The notes beneath the pieces were generated by a model that worked only from the letters and a program-made list of their open reading frames with translations, was not told where the DNA came from and searched no databases. Below are positions 1-7,385 of a stretch of 9,583 bases of DNA, piece by piece. The translations under genes were made by a program, and so were the position numbers. The DNA is from a virus. Its lineage: Duplodnaviria; Heunggongvirae; Uroviricota; Caudoviricetes. The stretch is taken from the IMG/VR virus record IMGVR_UViG_2617271049_000002, one strand, 5' to 3'. Positions within the stretch are counted from its first letter, which is position 1. Every line of letters begins with the position of its first letter.

Positions 1-11
1 CGCATCCAGCA

Positions 12-491
12 TTATCCCGCCCCCGTCATACCCGTGAATTTAGTCGCCATACTGCCAGCCTTACCGATGAGCGATTCCGCCTGTTTACCGATATCGCCAT
101 AAAGCGCGGCCAGTGATTCATCAACGCGGGTGAGCGACAGCGTAAAATCAATTTTCCGGGGTGTGCCGTCTGCAAAGAAAATACTCCCTGTTTCACTCAC
201 CCTGCTGATGACATACATGCCGTAAATCATGCCGGTGCCATCCAGCAACGGCCACGCCCGGCCTTCCTCTGCCATCAGCCTGAGCGTGGTCATCGTCAGC
301 TTGCCGCCGGTCAGTTCGGGATAAAGCACGCCGGCAAGCGTGATGTTTTCCTCACCCACACCGAGAAACTGGTAGGCATCCCGTTTACCGATACGGGAAT
401 TTGACGGCCAGCGATAATCTGATTCACGCTGCATGGTCTGGTGTGGCAGCGTCTGGCGCATAAAAACAAACATACCTAACGCGAGCATCAT
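12..491 (-). CDS. U: Tail protein gpU (P2 U-like tail terminator / tail completion protein), 159 aa
   Basis: Complete ORF with a TAA stop at 12..14, lying directly downstream of the tape measure gene as in P2 (T-U-D). Its size and sequence (…YRWPSNSRIGKRDAYQFLGVGEENITLAGVLYPELTGG…) match my memory of P2 gpU. The start could be either of the two adjacent Met codons. Confidence 0.88.
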   Translation of the reverse strand: MMLALGMFVFMRQTLPHQTMQRESDYRWPSNSRIGKRDAYQFLGVGEENITLAGVLYPELTGGKLTMTTLRLMAEEGRAWPLLDGTGMIYGMYVISRVSETGSIFFADGTPRKIDFTLSLTRVDESLAALYGDIGKQAESLIGKAGSMATKFTGMTGAG

Positions 492-505
492 TTTTCGTCA
501 CCTCC

Positions 506-2803
506 TTAACCGTCATGCATCATGCTGGCACGGGCGCGCGCACGTTTATCCCGCTCGTATTTTTCGAGCGCATCCTGTAACTGGCGGTCAAGCTGTGTCC
601 CCGGCGCAGTACCACCGGTCAGGCTGATGTGATATTCGTTTTTACTCTGGTCCACATAAGAGCGGCCAGCCGGTGCCGTAACCGGCTGATAAGCCTGATA
701 GCCTGCATAAGAGCTGGTCGCCGGAATATAACCACCGGTGCCATACGTGGCGGCATTAGTCCTTGCGGCGGTCTGGTCAAGTGTGTCTGACTCTTTGTTG
801 ATGACACCGAGTTTTTCCAGTACCCAGTCAATACCACTGCGCAGTTTGTTGAACGCATTAAGCGGCAGCATCAGCGCGTCAGNNNNNNNNNNGACCGGGG
901 CAATCAGGTTTTTAAACCACTGCCACGCGGCCTGTAACTTTTCACCCAGCCAGTCAAACACCGGTTTAAGTGGCGTGAACAGTTCCCCCACCGGCGCAAA
1001 TGCCGCTTTCAGCCCTTCCACCACACCGCCAAAGAATGCGCTGACAGGCTCCCAGTATTTACGGATAAGCAACGCCCCGGCGACAATGGCAGCCACCACG
1101 GCCACAACCGGCCAGCTAATCGCACCGATGGCCGTCATAACGGCACTACCAACCGTCGTGAAGATTGCCCCCATTGCGCCTGCTGCCGCGATAATGGCAT
1201 TGATGCCGGTGATAACCGGCCAGGCTACAAGACCAATGGCACCGATGATGCCAGTAAGCGCCAGCGCGCCACCGACAATGAGGCCGATGGTTGACGCCAG
1301 TGATTTGTTTTTCTGGATCCAGCCGTCGAGTTTTAACACATACTTTGTGGCCGTCTGCGTGAGCTTACGCAGTGCGCCTTCCTGCTGGTCAAACAGGTCA
1401 GTCCCCACCGCCTCATAAGCGGACTGAAACTCCTTAAAGTCACCGCCAAGGTTGTCCTGCATGATATTTACCAGTTCTGCGGTCTTTCCGTCTGAGGCTT
1501 TAAACGCAGCGGTCAGTTTGTCCAGCTTTCCGGTTGACGCGGCAGTCATCAGCACAGCGGCGGCTGAGCTGGCCTCCTCCCCGAAAATGGTTTTCATGTA
1601 TTCGGCCTGCTGGGCAGTACCGAGCCGGTTTTTCTCAAAACTGGCCTGCATTTCTTTCAGAATGGTGAACAACGGACGCATATTTCCCTTTTTGTCCGAG
1701 GTTTTAACGCCAAGCTCTTTGAGTGCATCCCATGCTTTTCCCGTCGGTGCCTGCAGGCGGCTTAACACGGCACGGCTTCCCGTCCCCGCCATTGAACCGG
1801 TAATTTTTGCATCATGCAGCGCCCCGACCATTGCGGCGGTTTCTTCAATGCTGACACCAGCATTTTTTGCCACAGGTGCGGCATAGGTCAGCGCATCGCT
1901 CATGCCATCAAAATCGGCGGCGGTTTTGTTCATCGTCATGGAGAGAACATCCCCGATATGAGCGACCTTATCGTTTGAAAGCTGAAAGGCGGATTTCATC
2001 CCCATCAGCAGGGCGGCGTTTTCTTCCATCGTGCGACGGTTCGCCAGCGCCATATTCAGCGTGACCGGCGTTGCCGCCTGAATGGCATCAACATCCCCAC
2101 CGGCTTTCGCGATAATAATCTGCGCACCGGCTGCATCATCCGCCGAGGCGGCGGTATTGTCGCCGAGCTGGCGCGCCTGCTTGCGTAGTGCAGCCANNNN
2201 NNNNNNCGCCGCAATCCCCACACCGGCAGCGCCTACTGAGGCCATATTTCCGGCCAGTTCCTTTCCGGCCTGATAACGCTGTTTGACTGCGTTAAGTTTT
2301 GCCTGTTGCACACTGACACGCGCCAGCGCGTCGCGCTGACGGTTAAGCTGTGCGGTGGTTTCACTGATACGGTTTTTCAGTCCCTGCTCATCATGTGCAA
2401 GATTGCGGGTATTAATTCCCACAGCGGCCAGTTCCCGCTGCTGGCGTTTAACGGAATCCGTCAGGCGGTTATATTTCGCCTGTAAGTCCTCCGCCGCTCG
2501 CTTTGCGGATTCCAGCACTTTCGCCTGAGCACGGGTCGGACGTTCGGTGTTTTTAAACTGTGTGGCAAGGGCTTCGGCTTCCTGCCGTGCCTTTTCAAGT
2601 GCATGACCAGTCACGGCAAGCTGTGCACTGGTCTTGCGGAATCCCTCAATACGGGATGCGTGACCGTTCAGCTCGCGCAGTGATTTTTGTGTTTCCCGGA
2701 TATCCCCCGACAGCGACCTGCTCGCTGTGCGGATGGATTTAAACGGGCGGGATGCCTGGTCAACAGCCCTGAGCAATACCTGTAATTTTACATTGTTACT
2801 CAT
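506..2803 (-). CDS. T: Tail tape measure protein gpT, 765 aa as given (contains two masked 10-N runs)
   Basis: Long ORF directly after E/E'. It has a coiled-coil-rich N-terminal part (…LQAKYNRLTDSVKRQQRELAAVG…) and a long Gly/Ala/Ile-rich hydrophobic segment (…LIVGGALALTGIIGAIGLVAWPVITGINAIIAAAGAMGAIF…) typical of tape measure proteins. Its ATG (2803..2801) overlaps the E' stop in the motif AATGAGTAA. The frame is maintained across both N runs. Confidence 0.9.
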   Translation of the reverse strand: MSNNVKLQVLLRAVDQASRPFKSIRTASRSLSGDIRETQKSLRELNGHASRIEGFRKTSAQLAVTGHALEKARQEAEALATQFKNTERPTRAQAKVLESAKRAAEDLQAKYNRLTDSVKRQQRELAAVGINTRNLAHDEQGLKNRISETTAQLNRQRDALARVSVQQAKLNAVKQRYQAGKELAGNMASVGAAGVGIAAXXXXAALRKQARQLGDNTAASADDAAGAQIIIAKAGGDVDAIQAATPVTLNMALANRRTMEENAALLMGMKSAFQLSNDKVAHIGDVLSMTMNKTAADFDGMSDALTYAAPVAKNAGVSIEETAAMVGALHDAKITGSMAGTGSRAVLSRLQAPTGKAWDALKELGVKTSDKKGNMRPLFTILKEMQASFEKNRLGTAQQAEYMKTIFGEEASSAAAVLMTAASTGKLDKLTAAFKASDGKTAELVNIMQDNLGGDFKEFQSAYEAVGTDLFDQQEGALRKLTQTATKYVLKLDGWIQKNKSLASTIGLIVGGALALTGIIGAIGLVAWPVITGINAIIAAAGAMGAIFTTVGSAVMTAIGAISWPVVAVVAAIVAGALLIRKYWEPVSAFFGGVVEGLKAAFAPVGELFTPLKPVFDWLGEKLQAAWQWFKNLIAPVXXXXDALMLPLNAFNKLRSGIDWVLEKLGVINKESDTLDQTAARTNAATYGTGGYIPATSSYAGYQAYQPVTAPAGRSYVDQSKNEYHISLTGGTAPGTQLDRQLQDALEKYERDKRARARASMMHDG
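883..892. other. Run of 10 N (masked or unresolved bases) inside gene T
   Basis: Literal nnnnnnnnnn in the sequence. The T reading frame continues unbroken on both sides (XXXX in the translation). Confidence 1.
2197..2206. other. Run of 10 N (masked or unresolved bases) inside gene T
   Basis: Literal nnnnnnnnnn in the sequence. The T reading frame continues unbroken on both sides. Confidence 1.
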
Positions 2804-3223
2804 TCGTGTTTCCGCTTCGCCGGAGCGCCTTTTCGCGCCATGTGATGAGTTCGGTCAGGCTCATGGGATACAGTTCTGATGGCGGCCAGTGAAATATCAC
2901 TGCCACATCCGCCATCAGGTCATCGACCGAGAGATTTTTTGGAAACGTCACTGCACCGAGTTCGGCGACAAAAAACCGACCACCTTACCGGCCAGCGCCA
3001 CAAGGTCAGGCAGTTCCAGCGCGGCGACTTCCTGCTCGGTCAGCATCGGTGCCGTCATGCGCGGCAGCACCTTAATCAGTGCATCGACTTCGGAGTTCGC
3101 GACCGCTGCCAGACTGACACCGCGCAGCGTCCCGGCATTGGGTTTCATCAGCGTGACCTGTTCGATAATCTGCTCACCACGTTTGACCGGATTGTCCAGG
3201 GTAATGACGTTTTCTTTGTTCAT
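2796..3223 (-). CDS. E+E': Tail assembly chaperone gpE+E', 142 aa, made by a programmed -1 ribosomal frameshift at T_TTT_TTG (2975..2969)
   Basis: Hand translation: the zero frame reads …GTC GGT TTT TTG TCG…TGA. Slipping -1 on T TTT TTG continues as GTC GCC GAA CTC… = VAELGAVTFPKNLSVDDLMADVAVIFHWPPSELYPMSLTELITWREKALRRSGNTNE*, which is 57 codons with a TAA at 2798..2796. Total is 85+57 = 142 aa, the size I recall for P2 E+E'. The stop overlaps the T start codon. Confidence 0.8.
2948..3223 (-). CDS. E: Tail assembly chaperone gpE, 91 aa (zero-frame product)
   Basis: 91-aa ORF between the tube gene and the tape measure gene, with the same size and position as P2 E. It ends …GKVVGFLSPNSVQ* and contains the slippery run GGT TTT TTG near its 3' end. 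Confidence 0.88.
   Translation of the reverse strand: MNKENVITLDNPVKRGEQIIEQVTLMKPNAGTLRGVSLAAVANSEVDALIKVLPRMTAPMLTEQEVAALELPDLVALAGKVVGFLSPNSVQ
2969..2975 (-). promoter_or_regulatory. Slippery heptamer T_TTT_TTG for the E to E+E' -1 frameshift
   Basis: Minus strand reads gg-T TTT TTG-tcg in the E frame (plus strand caaaaaa at 2969..2975). It has the X_XXY_YYZ form and the -1 frame stays open for 57 further codons. Confidence 0.8.
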
Positions 3224-3279
3224 GGTTTTCTCACTTCTGAATCGGGGTTAACCGGTCAGCCAGGCTGACCGGATGAAAA

Positions 3280-3798
3280 TCACAGGCCGATATTGCGGCG
3301 GTGTTGCTCCAGCCGGTCGACGCCGTTCACCTTCTCAATCATGTTGATGGTGTCAATTTCGACCAGCTCCTTACCGTCCATCGTCAGCCGGAAATAAGTG
3401 CAGACCACGGAGATTTTCGACTCGGTATCTTCTCCCTGTTTCCCCTCGCCGGTGTCGATTTCTTTCTGACGTCCACGCATGACCACCTCGACGGCCACCG
3501 TTTCGCCGGTATCGTCGCGCTGGTAAGAGCCTGCAAAACGAATCGGTACGGCATCCACACCGGTTGCGGCGTAAAGTTCCCAGATAACCGAATCCGGGAA
3601 GCCCCCGAGCGACCACTCCATTGACAGCGCATCGTCATCAAGGCCGAGGTCTACCGGTGCGCTGCCGTTCATCCCCGCACCGCGATAGTTTTCGAGCTTA
3701 CGGGTCAGTTTTGGCAGCGTGACGGACTTTGCAACGCCCTGATAGCTGTAGCCGTTCAGAAAGACGTTCATTAACTTGAGTTTGCGCGGCATTGCCAT
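3280..3798 (-). CDS. FII: Major tail tube protein gpFII, 172 aa
   Basis: 172-aa ORF immediately after the sheath gene (12-nt gap), with the size and position of P2 FII. Sequence MAMPRKLKLMNVFLNGYSYQGVAKSVTLPKLTRKLENYRGAGMNG… is typical of contractile-tail tube proteins. Confidence 0.9.
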   Translation of the reverse strand: MAMPRKLKLMNVFLNGYSYQGVAKSVTLPKLTRKLENYRGAGMNGSAPVDLGLDDDALSMEWSLGGFPDSVIWELYAATGVDAVPIRFAGSYQRDDTGETVAVEVVMRGRQKEIDTGEGKQGEDTESKISVVCTYFRLTMDGKELVEIDTINMIEKVNGVDRLEQHRRNIGL

Positions 3799-3810
3799 CG
3801 GTCAGGCTCC

Positions 3811-5001
3811 TTAATTGCTGTTAACCGAGGTGACCAGATTTGCCAGATATTTATCAGTAATACGCTGGCGCAGGGTCAGGTTTTCGAGAGGAGGCACCGG
3901 GGTATAGTCATAGTCGATATACAGTTTTCCGGCCTTGAGGGTTTCCGCATCGTTGGATTCTTCGCTGAACCAGCAGGTCGCATCCACGATATAGCCGTTT
4001 GTTTTCAGCTCACGGAATTTGGCATTGATGCCGTCAACGATGTCGCGAATCAGCGTTGCGGTGATGGGCTTATCCACCGCCCACATGTGCGCCTCAGCCA
4101 TCGTGTCGGCCAGCACCTGCGCGGTGCGGGTGTAGTTTTCAAAGAGGAACAGTGGGTCATCAGAGCAGGTACGGTTACCCCAGAAGCGGAAACCGTCACG
4201 GCGAATCAGCGTTGTGACACCTGACTCGTTCAACAGGTCAGCATCGGTGCCGGACTCCTGCAAATCCCAGAATACAGAGGCGCTGATGCCGGTAACACCG
4301 TTTACCCCGACATTGGACAGCGTTTTATGCCAGCCCTGCTCCTGGTCGATTTTAGCGCGCAGACCCAGCGCACGGGCGGTGGCATACGCGGTGGCGGTGG
4401 TGCTGCTGACCGTATCCCATGCGAGGAAATCCGGCCAGATGACCATCAGCTCACGCTGGCTGAAATTCTGGCGGTAGGCTTTCACCTCGGAAATAGTCTT
4501 ACAGCCCCATGCGCTGATATATCCGAAAGCGCGCAGCTTCTGACAGACGGATGCCAGTGCAACAGCCACCTCTTTGGTATCCAGTCCCGGCACACCGAGA
4601 ATACGCGGTTTAACACCGGTTACCGACTCCGCCGCCAGCAGGGCTTTCAGTCCGGTGTACTGACCGTTTTCGTCGGTGGTGCCGATGATATTGGAAACGG
4701 TCTGCGCGAGTTTCGTTTCTTCGTCATCGCCGGTGCCGTCTTCCACGCGCACGACAACGGTGACCGGTTTTGACTGGTCGGCGATGGCCTGCAACGATGC
4801 CGCCAGCGTGCCTTTTTTACCGGCCTTTGCAATTGCGCTCTGCACATTGGTAATCAGCACAGGTTTATTGAGGGGGAAGGTTTCCGCATCCGCATCGCTG
4901 GCCGTGCAGACCATGCCGACAATGGCCGTGGATACGGTGGAAATGACGCGGGTGCCGTCGTTAATCTCCAGCACCTGCACGCCGTGATGATAGTCGCTCA
5001 T
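3811..5001 (-). CDS. FI: Contractile tail sheath protein gpFI, 396 aa
   Basis: 396-aa ORF starting MSDYHHGVQVLEINDGTRVISTVSTAIVGMVCTASDADAETFPLNKPVLITN…, which I recognise as near-identical to P2 FI. A GGAG Shine-Dalgarno lies 8 nt upstream of the ATG (minus strand caccGGAGttaaacggATG). Confidence 0.93.
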   Translation of the reverse strand: MSDYHHGVQVLEINDGTRVISTVSTAIVGMVCTASDADAETFPLNKPVLITNVQSAIAKAGKKGTLAASLQAIADQSKPVTVVVRVEDGTGDDEETKLAQTVSNIIGTTDENGQYTGLKALLAAESVTGVKPRILGVPGLDTKEVAVALASVCQKLRAFGYISAWGCKTISEVKAYRQNFSQRELMVIWPDFLAWDTVSSTTATAYATARALGLRAKIDQEQGWHKTLSNVGVNGVTGISASVFWDLQESGTDADLLNESGVTTLIRRDGFRFWGNRTCSDDPLFLFENYTRTAQVLADTMAEAHMWAVDKPITATLIRDIVDGINAKFRELKTNGYIVDATCWFSEESNDAETLKAGKLYIDYDYTPVPPLENLTLRQRITDKYLANLVTSVNSN

Positions 5002-5024
5002 CCGTTTAACTCCGTGGTTAATGG

Positions 5025-5095
5025 GTGCAACTATTTTCTGTTGTGCAGAGCATGAGACGCTATTTGACCTGGCTGGTCAGGGGATGAAACAACAG
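5025..5095 (-). promoter_or_regulatory. Putative late promoter region for the FI operon (P_F equivalent), with a dyad TGACC-N5-GGTCA at 5065..5079
   Basis: In P2 the FI-FII-E-T-U-D operon has its own Ogr-activated late promoter. Here a 15-bp dyad (plus strand tgacctggctggtca, 5065..5079) lies about 65-80 nt upstream of the FI ATG, and a weak -10-like gaaaat lies at 5038..5033. It does not match the textbook TGT-N12-ACA perfectly, so this call is positional only. Confidence 0.3.
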
Positions 5096-5123
5096 ATAAA
5101 GAAAATGCGGGCAATTCGCCCGC
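5095..5123 (-). terminator. Rho-independent terminator closing the island (or H-G read-through) transcript
   Basis: An all-G:C 6-bp stem gcgggc/gcccgc (5107..5112 pairs with 5118..5123) has a 5-nt loop. On the minus strand it is followed directly by ATTTTCTTTATCTGTT. It lies between the stop of the second island gene and the FI promoter region. Confidence 0.55.
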
Positions 5124-5184
5124 CTGTCCTGATTTGTACTCACTCATTTTCCGCCTGACAATTTACATAGCCCAAATGCTATCA

Positions 5185-5219
5185 AATCTGACAGTCTGCT
5201 TTGAGCGAGGAGCGGAAGT
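5185..5219. repeat. Left arm of a 35-bp imperfect inverted repeat flanking the AT-rich island
   Basis: aatctgacagtc-tgctttgagcg-aggagcggaagt compared with the reverse complement of 7458..7492, aatctgacagtc-cgctctgtgcc-aggagcggaagt. The two 12-nt blocks are identical and the middle block matches 7/11, giving 31/35 overall. Confidence 0.75.
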
Positions 5220-5276
5220 TCGCTTTGCTCCCGTGTTAATAGTGGGTATTAATCAATCGGGAGCATAACCATAGAA

Positions 5277-6434
5277 TTAGCTGTTTGATTCAGCATCAGC
5301 AACTTTTCTATATTTAGTAAGCAATTCTACTTTACGTAATTCAATCTCACGCATAATGTTTGATTGAATATCATGTATTTTAGAGGGCGACGCACCTTTA
5401 ACCTTTATATTTATAAAGGTAATGCACAATTCAGGATTAACAGGGGTTTTTCTTCCATATTCACTAAACTCGTATGCAACCTTACATTCACCTGAATAGG
5501 ATTCATAGCTAATTGTGTAACTTGCGACAACCTTAGTAACACGTACATACGGGTGTATGTGTTTCCATTTGATAGATATTATATTCTCTAGATTTCCTTT
5601 GACTCTATACTGGTCAATATCTTTTTCGAGAAAATTAGTCACAGCATCTGATTGTTTTTCGTAACCAGTAGAATGATCCGGATTAAAATGAACATCATCT
5701 ATTTTTTGATGGTAGAATAAGTATCCAATATGAAGGGATGCTAATTCATTAAGGAATTTTACTCTGTTTTCATTTTCAAAATCATCCATCAGAACTCTAC
5801 CTCGATGAGGCGAATGTTCAATTATATTATTTCTTTCCAAATGCTCCTCTATCAAGGTTATGACATTTTCAGCTATTTCTTTAGTTTCCGGAGATGTGTG
5901 ATTTAGTTTTACATTCATTAAAAGCTGGGAGTTACCAGTGATGCCATTAACGTCTTTCTTGATTTCCACAGATCCTTTAAAGAACTTCTCAGTTATATAC
6001 CAATCATCTAGAATATCTGTCTTGCAAATTTCGAACTCCATTATTACGGAATTATTACTTCTACCATCTAGAGATGTAAAATCGCTAAAATCTGATATCT
6101 CATAATTAATGTAACCATTTTTTGTGATTTTACTAACATCTACAAACCCACTAACTTCACCAAGCAAATCAACATCTTGCTTAAGATCAAAATTCCTGAA
6201 ATTTACTTTATCTAATTTTTCCTTTGTTTTAATACTGCTTAGTAAATCATAAGATTCATCAGGGCTTAGTAAAGAGGTGATCAAGTTTGGAACTGTGCCT
6301 GATTTTTCAGACACTCCGCAAAAAAGCCCTCTTTCTTTAAGTAGATTATTGATCATTGTAGAGCTACAGTTCTGCTGGCTCACAAGATTTTTCAGTTCAT
6401 CTCCGGAGGGGATGAAATCAATATCATTTTTCAT
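5277..6434 (-). CDS. Island gene B: hypothetical protein, 385 aa, no recognisable domain (candidate partner in a defence system)
   Basis: Long uninterrupted ORF in AT-rich DNA. The preferred start is the ATG at 6434..6432 (MKNDIDFIPSGDELKNLV…), because it is preceded by AGGAG at 6447..6443 with an 8-nt spacer. That start overlaps the stop of gene A by 11 nt. The track's longer start at 6470 has no RBS and would overlap gene A by 47 nt. I found no Walker A, HxH, HEPN (Rx4-6H), TIR or helicase motif. Confidence 0.8.
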   Translation of the reverse strand: MKNDIDFIPSGDELKNLVSQQNCSSTMINNLLKERGLFCGVSEKSGTVPNLITSLLSPDESYDLLSSIKTKEKLDKVNFRNFDLKQDVDLLGEVSGFVDVSKITKNGYINYEISDFSDFTSLDGRSNNSVIMEFEICKTDILDDWYITEKFFKGSVEIKKDVNGITGNSQLLMNVKLNHTSPETKEIAENVITLIEEHLERNNIIEHSPHRGRVLMDDFENENRVKFLNELASLHIGYLFYHQKIDDVHFNPDHSTGYEKQSDAVTNFLEKDIDQYRVKGNLENIISIKWKHIHPYVRVTKVVASYTISYESYSGECKVAYEFSEYGRKTPVNPELCITFINIKVKGASPSKIHDIQSNIMREIELRKVELLTKYRKVADAESNS

Positions 6435-7350
6435 CAGAAATGCTCCTGAAGGTGCTATTATAAGAATCAACGATTAATGTAATATCTCCAACGACATCCT
6501 CAGAGCCATCTTCAAAATTTTGCGCCATTTTGACTTCATCAACTGAAGGGGAGTCTGTGAGTTTATTATATTTATTGAAATAAATCTCATAATGATTTGC
6601 GAAATCGGAACAAAGCTTTCTAGCTAATTTATACACCAACCCTAGTGATTCTTTACTGTAATTAAAATCGCAAAGTAATATAAATTTTCGCCCATTATCA
6701 TCAGGCACAGAAATGGGAATTATTGGAGAGGTAATGTATTCAACAGGCATTATTTTAGAATGTCTTGTTGAAGATGAAACATTTAAGGTAGTGTTAAGAC
6801 AGAAAAAAGATATTTCACCATGCTTTTTCTTGATAAAGCTTATCGAGTTGTATAAAAATTTTGCTCTTGCGTTATCAACGAGATGTATGGCGTTGAACTT
6901 GAGGGTAGAATCGATTCTATGATTGATGATTTCACCTTTAATATTATCATTTGAATCGCTTTCATCATTATTTAAATAAAACAAAACCCCAATATCTTCT
7001 TTTCTTGAACTACCTGGAAATTGTCTTGTTATGGTTCTTTTAAACTGGGATTTTGAATAACATTCAATGGTGTGTGCCAAGTCTTTGAAATGTGAGCGAA
7101 AAGTAGTTTTGACTTTATCGTAAGGTACTGATGAATACTTTGCAGAAACAACAACGCTTACTAATGATTGTTTTTGAAGCATAGAGTTGTAGACATACAA
7201 AGCATCTATTCCATGTGTCTTTTTAGCATGTTCTCCCACGCAGCAATCTAATTGCTTGTTACTACATAGGTTTTTCCATCCAAAGAGTTTCAGAAAGTCA
7301 TTGACTATCTCTTCGCCCACCTCGCCGACATATTTTGAGAACTCGCCCAT
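6424..7350 (-). CDS. Island gene A: hypothetical protein, 308 aa, with an N-terminal PD-(D/E)xK-like (Mrr/DUF4365-like) putative nuclease core
   Basis: Long ORF in AT-rich DNA. The N-terminus reads GEVGEEIVNDFLKLFGW (acidic helix ending in G-W), then HGID49ALYVY (beta-strand Asp), then SLVSVVVS69AK71Y (hydrophobic strand followed by S-x-K). This is the order and spacing of restriction-endonuclease-fold cores (E…D…(E/Q/S)xK). The C-terminal ~220 aa are unassigned. Confidence 0.8.
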   Translation of the reverse strand: MGEFSKYVGEVGEEIVNDFLKLFGWKNLCSNKQLDCCVGEHAKKTHGIDALYVYNSMLQKQSLVSVVVSAKYSSVPYDKVKTTFRSHFKDLAHTIECYSKSQFKRTITRQFPGSSRKEDIGVLFYLNNDESDSNDNIKGEIINHRIDSTLKFNAIHLVDNARAKFLYNSISFIKKKHGEISFFCLNTTLNVSSSTRHSKIMPVEYITSPIIPISVPDDNGRKFILLCDFNYSKESLGLVYKLARKLCSDFANHYEIYFNKYNKLTDSPSVDEVKMAQNFEDGSEDVVGDITLIVDSYNSTFRSISDEK

Positions 7351-7385
7351 TACCTAAACCGCCGTCTATTAAATTATAATTCTTT

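Noticed and set aside
1-5. Possible start of tail gene D (ATG at 5..3 on the minus strand, 6 nt after the U stop, preceded by a GGGGCGGGA purine-rich stretch)
   Set aside because: The position is right for P2 gene order (U then D), but only 5 nt are in the window, which is too little to support a feature call.
433-627. 64-aa plus-strand ORF spanning the U/T junction
   Set aside because: It is antisense to two well-supported, tightly packed tail genes, it is Arg/His-rich with an odd composition, and it has no RBS.
738-2742. Plus-strand ORFs inside the tape measure gene (738..1418 at 226 aa, 1452..1886, 1867..2064, 2082..2273, 2560..2742) and the minus-strand ORF at 619..858
   Set aside because: They are antisense or out-of-frame shadows of the long GC-rich T ORF. 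Their products are low-complexity and Ala/Ser/Pro/Arg-rich, I saw no RBS, and the T frame fully explains the region.
2879-3268. 129-aa and 120-aa plus-strand ORFs opposite gene E
   Set aside because: They are antisense shadows over E and E', which are supported by synteny and by the frameshift architecture. Their translations are Arg/His-rich and implausible.
3301-3641. ORFs of 107, 81 and 85 aa overlapping FII
   Set aside because: They are alternative frames or strands of the tail tube gene, with Arg-rich nonsense-like sequences.
4214-4987. Plus-strand ORFs at 4214..4477, 4327..4773 and 4676..4987, and the minus-strand ORF at 4647..4847, inside FI
   Set aside because: They overlap the confidently identified sheath gene and are typical shadow ORFs of high-GC coding DNA.
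5041-5095. 7-bp inverted pair CTGTTGT / ACAACAG about 50 nt apart upstream of FI, considered as the Ogr TGT-N12-ACA site
   Set aside because: The spacing is far larger than the N12 of the established late-promoter dyad. The TGT/ACA triplets are present but not in the known geometry, so this is not called as an activator site.
6435-6470. Upstream extension of island gene B (MILIIAPSGAFL…) as given in the ORF track
   Set aside because: There is no Shine-Dalgarno before 6470 and it would overlap gene A by 47 nt. The ATG at 6434 has an AGGAG at optimal spacing. The extension is kept only as an alternative start.
6277-6922. Plus-strand ORFs of 66 aa (6277..6477) and 69 aa (6713..6922) antisense to the island genes, considered as a possible antitoxin or small protein
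   Set aside because: I saw no RBS or promoter for either. Both lie wholly inside longer minus-strand ORFs, and ORFs of this length arise by chance. An antisense regulatory RNA cannot be excluded but has no sequence support.
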